A stretch of 64,000 bases of DNA from Macrostomum lignano (Eukaryota), in NCBI GenBank assembly GCA_002269645.1, contig NIVC01000109.1, positions 418,016 to 482,015 of the forward strand, given 5' to 3'. Positions within the stretch are counted from its first letter, which is position 1; every line of letters starts with the position of its first letter. The notes below the pieces were generated by a model, which did not search any database, was not told the origin of the DNA, and worked only from the letters and a program-made list of their open reading frames with translations. Shown here piece by piece: positions 62,438-64,000 of the stretch. The position numbers and the translations under genes are program-made.

Positions 62438-62588
62438 GTCTGTCTGTCTGTCTGTCTGTTTGTCTGCCTGTCTGTCTGTCTGTCTGTCTAGCTATTGAGT
62501 TCACACTCTCCGCCATCAAATTTCACTGCAGGAGCAAAACAAGACCAAAGGACAGCGCAAGTTTCAGAAGCTGCTTAACCGGATGTGA
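39944..62588 (+). CDS. RNF213: RNF213/mysterin-like giant AAA+ protein, join(39944-40349,40551-41410,41815-42083,47483-47542,47665-49709,49814-50032,51030-62381 with a 1-bp frameshift near 59401,62532-62588); at least about 5090 aa; start not located
   Basis: TSDRPSVGKS, IIGETGCGKTSLI, FLDEVN, YRVHPLP, GKPGCSKSLA, LIDEIGLAE..NPLKVLH, SNWALDPAKMNR, GLRDFY, YDMLNQ, PFLNRFEK are RNF213-family motifs in the expected order; splice phases consistent. 5' exons are assigned on phase and composition only. Confidence 0.85.
40551..41410 (+). CDS. RNF213-like low-complexity exon (alternative phase-1 donor at 41459)
   Basis: Acceptor ttgctttcag ending at 40550, phase 2 matches the previous exon. Confidence 0.7.
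40702..41241 (+). repeat. 33-bp coding minisatellite, about 16 copies (APVAIDSSNAA)
   Basis: Unit GCACCGGTTGCTATTGACTCATCAAATGCCGCA, in frame. Confidence 0.92.
41815..42083 (+). CDS. RNF213-like exon, disordered S/T/K/D-rich
   Basis: Open frame ATSNQKTKGS...SEVINL; donor gtaagt at 42084; only the antisense ORF appears in the track. Confidence 0.7.
42498..42595 (+). repeat. Left copy of an 86-bp exact direct repeat plus (GA)6; right copy at 45091-45176 plus (GA)n
   Basis: GACCCTAAATTAAAG...TTTAGCACACTA is identical at both ends of the Penelope element. Confidence 0.93.
42596..45090 (-). mobile_element. 5'-truncated Penelope-like element (Neptune-type RT and GIY-YIG), frameshifted, in an RNF213-like intron
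   Basis: KKADKG, FYLLPKIHK...RPIVS, SLYSMIP, GTAMG, RYIDDIF, FLDM, HxSFHP, CGSSRCKCC linker, IIYGISC...LYVGMT...RMNQH, REEIWI. Confidence 0.92.
42638..42675 (-). ncRNA. Minimal type I hammerhead ribozyme at the Penelope 3' end
   Basis: Minus strand GGC-CUGACGA-A-GAGCC(CAGA)GGCUC-GAAA-CCGGUA-GCC: intact core, 5-bp stem II, palindromic ACCGGU stem III, 3-bp stem I. Confidence 0.85.
45177..45252. repeat. (GA)n microsatellite
   Basis: Direct observation. Confidence 0.97.
46624..47454 (+). mobile_element. Non-coding structured SINE-like retroelement, copy 2
   Basis: Same 5' start and colinear body as copy 1; AAC tail; TSD CAATAA at 46618-46623 and 47455-47460. Confidence 0.78.
47483..47542 (+). 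CDS. RNF213-like 60-nt exon
   Basis: ttttcag|GAA...TAT|gtgagt, phase 0/0. Confidence 0.7.
47665..49709 (+). CDS. RNF213-like N-arm exon
   Basis: 683-aa ORF extended to the acceptor ending at 47664; donor at 49710, phase 2. Confidence 0.8.
49814..50032 (+). CDS. RNF213-like symmetric (phase 2/2) exon
   Basis: Open frame bounded by ag at 49812-49813 and gttaag at 50033; could be skipped without a frameshift. Confidence 0.55.
50088..50803 (+). mobile_element. Internally deleted mariner remnant in an RNF213-like intron
   Basis: VSLRTV*RWVAEFESG...DRPRSG and EDDNRFTVRKMADRL HTH fragments; ends TACGAGCGT and ACCCTCGTA. Confidence 0.65.
51030..59418 (+). CDS. RNF213: RNF213-like giant exon part 1 (stalk, AAA+ core, E3-back region)
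   Basis: 2758-aa ORF; Walker A at about 55020 and 55990, Walker B at about 55220 and 56210. Confidence 0.93.
59401..62381 (+). CDS. RNF213: RNF213-like giant exon part 2 (RZ-like finger and CTD), -1 frame relative to part 1
   Basis: 992-aa ORF whose frame is open from 59379; donor AGC|gtgagt at 62382. Confidence 0.8.
62397..62488. repeat. (TCTG)n microsatellite in the last intron
   Basis: Direct observation. Confidence 0.95.
62532..62588 (+). CDS. RNF213-like predicted last coding exon
   Basis: ctgcag|GAG...EQNKTKGQRKFQKLLNRM stop; phase 0. Confidence 0.6.
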   Translation, partial: EQNKTKGQRKFQKLLNRM

Positions 62589-62625
62589 GCAACAGTCATT
62601 GCAAGCCTGCAATGCACGCTCTATT

Positions 62626-62631
62626 AATAAA
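62626..62631 (+). terminator. Candidate polyadenylation signal AATAAA
   Basis: 38 nt after the predicted stop codon. Confidence 0.5.
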
Positions 62632-63004
62632 CTATGCACTAAAATCGTTTATTTTCGATTTACTTCACGTTGCGTTCCGTACTACTTATATCCTATTGTT
62701 TTTGTGTAAGTTTTGCCAGTGCAAGAAAGACACGATTAACATAATTTCAAGAATATTTATAACAAAAAACAATTTATTAAGAACCTTGAAAAACATTTAA
62801 ATTAAAAGTCTTTGTTTCTTTCTGGCCTGGCTAAACACGTTTCGTATATTTATTTTTAAAAATTCATTTTTTGTTCTTCAAATTCCATACTTTAGTACTT
62901 CTAAATAGTAGTTTAAATCGAATATATCACCAAGCTACCCAATTCTAATAATATCCTTAGGTATTTTATTATAACCAACGCACTGATACGTATATATCTA
63001 GCTA

Positions 63005-63165
63005 GAGGAGGGGAGAGAGGAGAGGGAATAGATATGAGAAATAGAAGAAGAGAGAGGAGGGAGCGAAAAAGAGAATGTAGAGGAAAAAAAGAGATAAGAA
63101 GAGAGGAGAGAGTTGAGGATATGAGGAGAGGAGAGGAGATAAGAAGAAGTGAGAGAAGAGACACA
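63005..63165. repeat. Purine-rich AGAGG low-complexity tract
   Basis: Direct observation. Confidence 0.8.
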
Positions 63166-64000
63166 AACCTTGAGCGGGCCGGATTGCTATTGTGAGTTTT
63201 CAAAGGACCCGAAGGCCCGAGATTGAGGCTTTTGCCCACCCCTTCTCGACAGCCTATCGAAATAAATTCAAGCCTAGCAATCTGTTTTTATGTATGTCTA
63301 GAATCCTCAATTGTTTGTTAATTGATCGCTTAAGCTAACAAATTTAAATTAAAAAACAAATATAATTTACTTTTTTCCCTCGGTGATTTGCTACACTTAT
63401 TATTATTTTTCTATCATTCACTAAAATGAAGTCTAATATATATTTCATAATATTAAATACACGAACACATATTCTAGCTAGTAGCCTTGTACTCTGAGAT
63501 TCATGCGCCCTAGTTTTTTCTCTGTTTAAATAAAAAATAAACCTGTTTACTCCAGTCCTACCGGTCATTTTCCCGTCATTTTCATAACTACGCGTCTTTG
63601 GATTTAGTTGATTTTTATAACTAAAACTATTATGCTAGTTTCAATTAGAAGTATTATAAAATGTCTAAGAATTGCTCAAAGCTCTGACTACTTACTCTAG
63701 TATATAGTAAATACGTAGTGAAGATGCTTGCGATTACGCGAAAAATGAGTTGATGACATGAGACAGGTGCTTTCGCTGTGAGTTGGCAAGTGCATGTGGG
63801 GATGTGGGATTTTCGTTTGCATAGAAAGAGTATAGCTCAATCAGTTGTAACACAAAAATTCTCACCTCTATGCATTCAGACTGTTAACTTAGTTTCTTAT
63901 TATTAAAGACCAAGCAAAAAATCCTTAATGTTCTGGATGGTCCATAAAATGTTTTCTGTTTTTAGCATCTAGCTAGCTAGCTACTTTTGCGGCATAGAGC

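Noticed and set aside
62825-62890. Second hammerhead-like motif on the minus strand (TTGAAGA...GAAACGTGT)
   Set aside because: Stems I and II do not pair convincingly; at most a decayed remnant

Overview
Eukaryotic (metazoan) genomic DNA with spliceosomal GT-AG introns. GC-rich exons with introns packed by short minisatellites suggest a free-living flatworm such as Macrostomum; the taxon is inference only. Three + strand genes can be assembled with consistent splice phases: (1) mitochondrial NAD(P) transhydrogenase NNT, 10 coding exons, 272-16767, about 1073 aa; (2) an SLC16 transporter of the MCT8/MCT10 type, 6 coding exons, 20540-28111, about 641 aa; (3) an RNF213/mysterin-like AAA+ protein, 39944-62588, at least about 5090 aa, start codon not located, with an 11.35-kb exon carrying one 1-bp frameshift, no RING and a degenerate RZ-like finger. 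Mobile DNA: a mariner split by an EnSpm/CACTA-like remnant in NNT intron 7, an RTE-like LINE remnant, a foldback-like element with arms of 161-bp repeats, a Neptune-like Penelope element with a minimal hammerhead ribozyme and an 86-98 bp flanking duplication, and a second deleted mariner. The most novel signals are two diverged copies of a 0.8-1.2 kb non-coding, SINE-like element with clear base-pair covariation (28913-30075, 46624-47454), a 56-bp tandem repeat that copies a splice donor five times, and a sharply bounded CpG-depleted block containing a decayed coiled-coil ORF. Counts and identities were made by eye; no searches were run.
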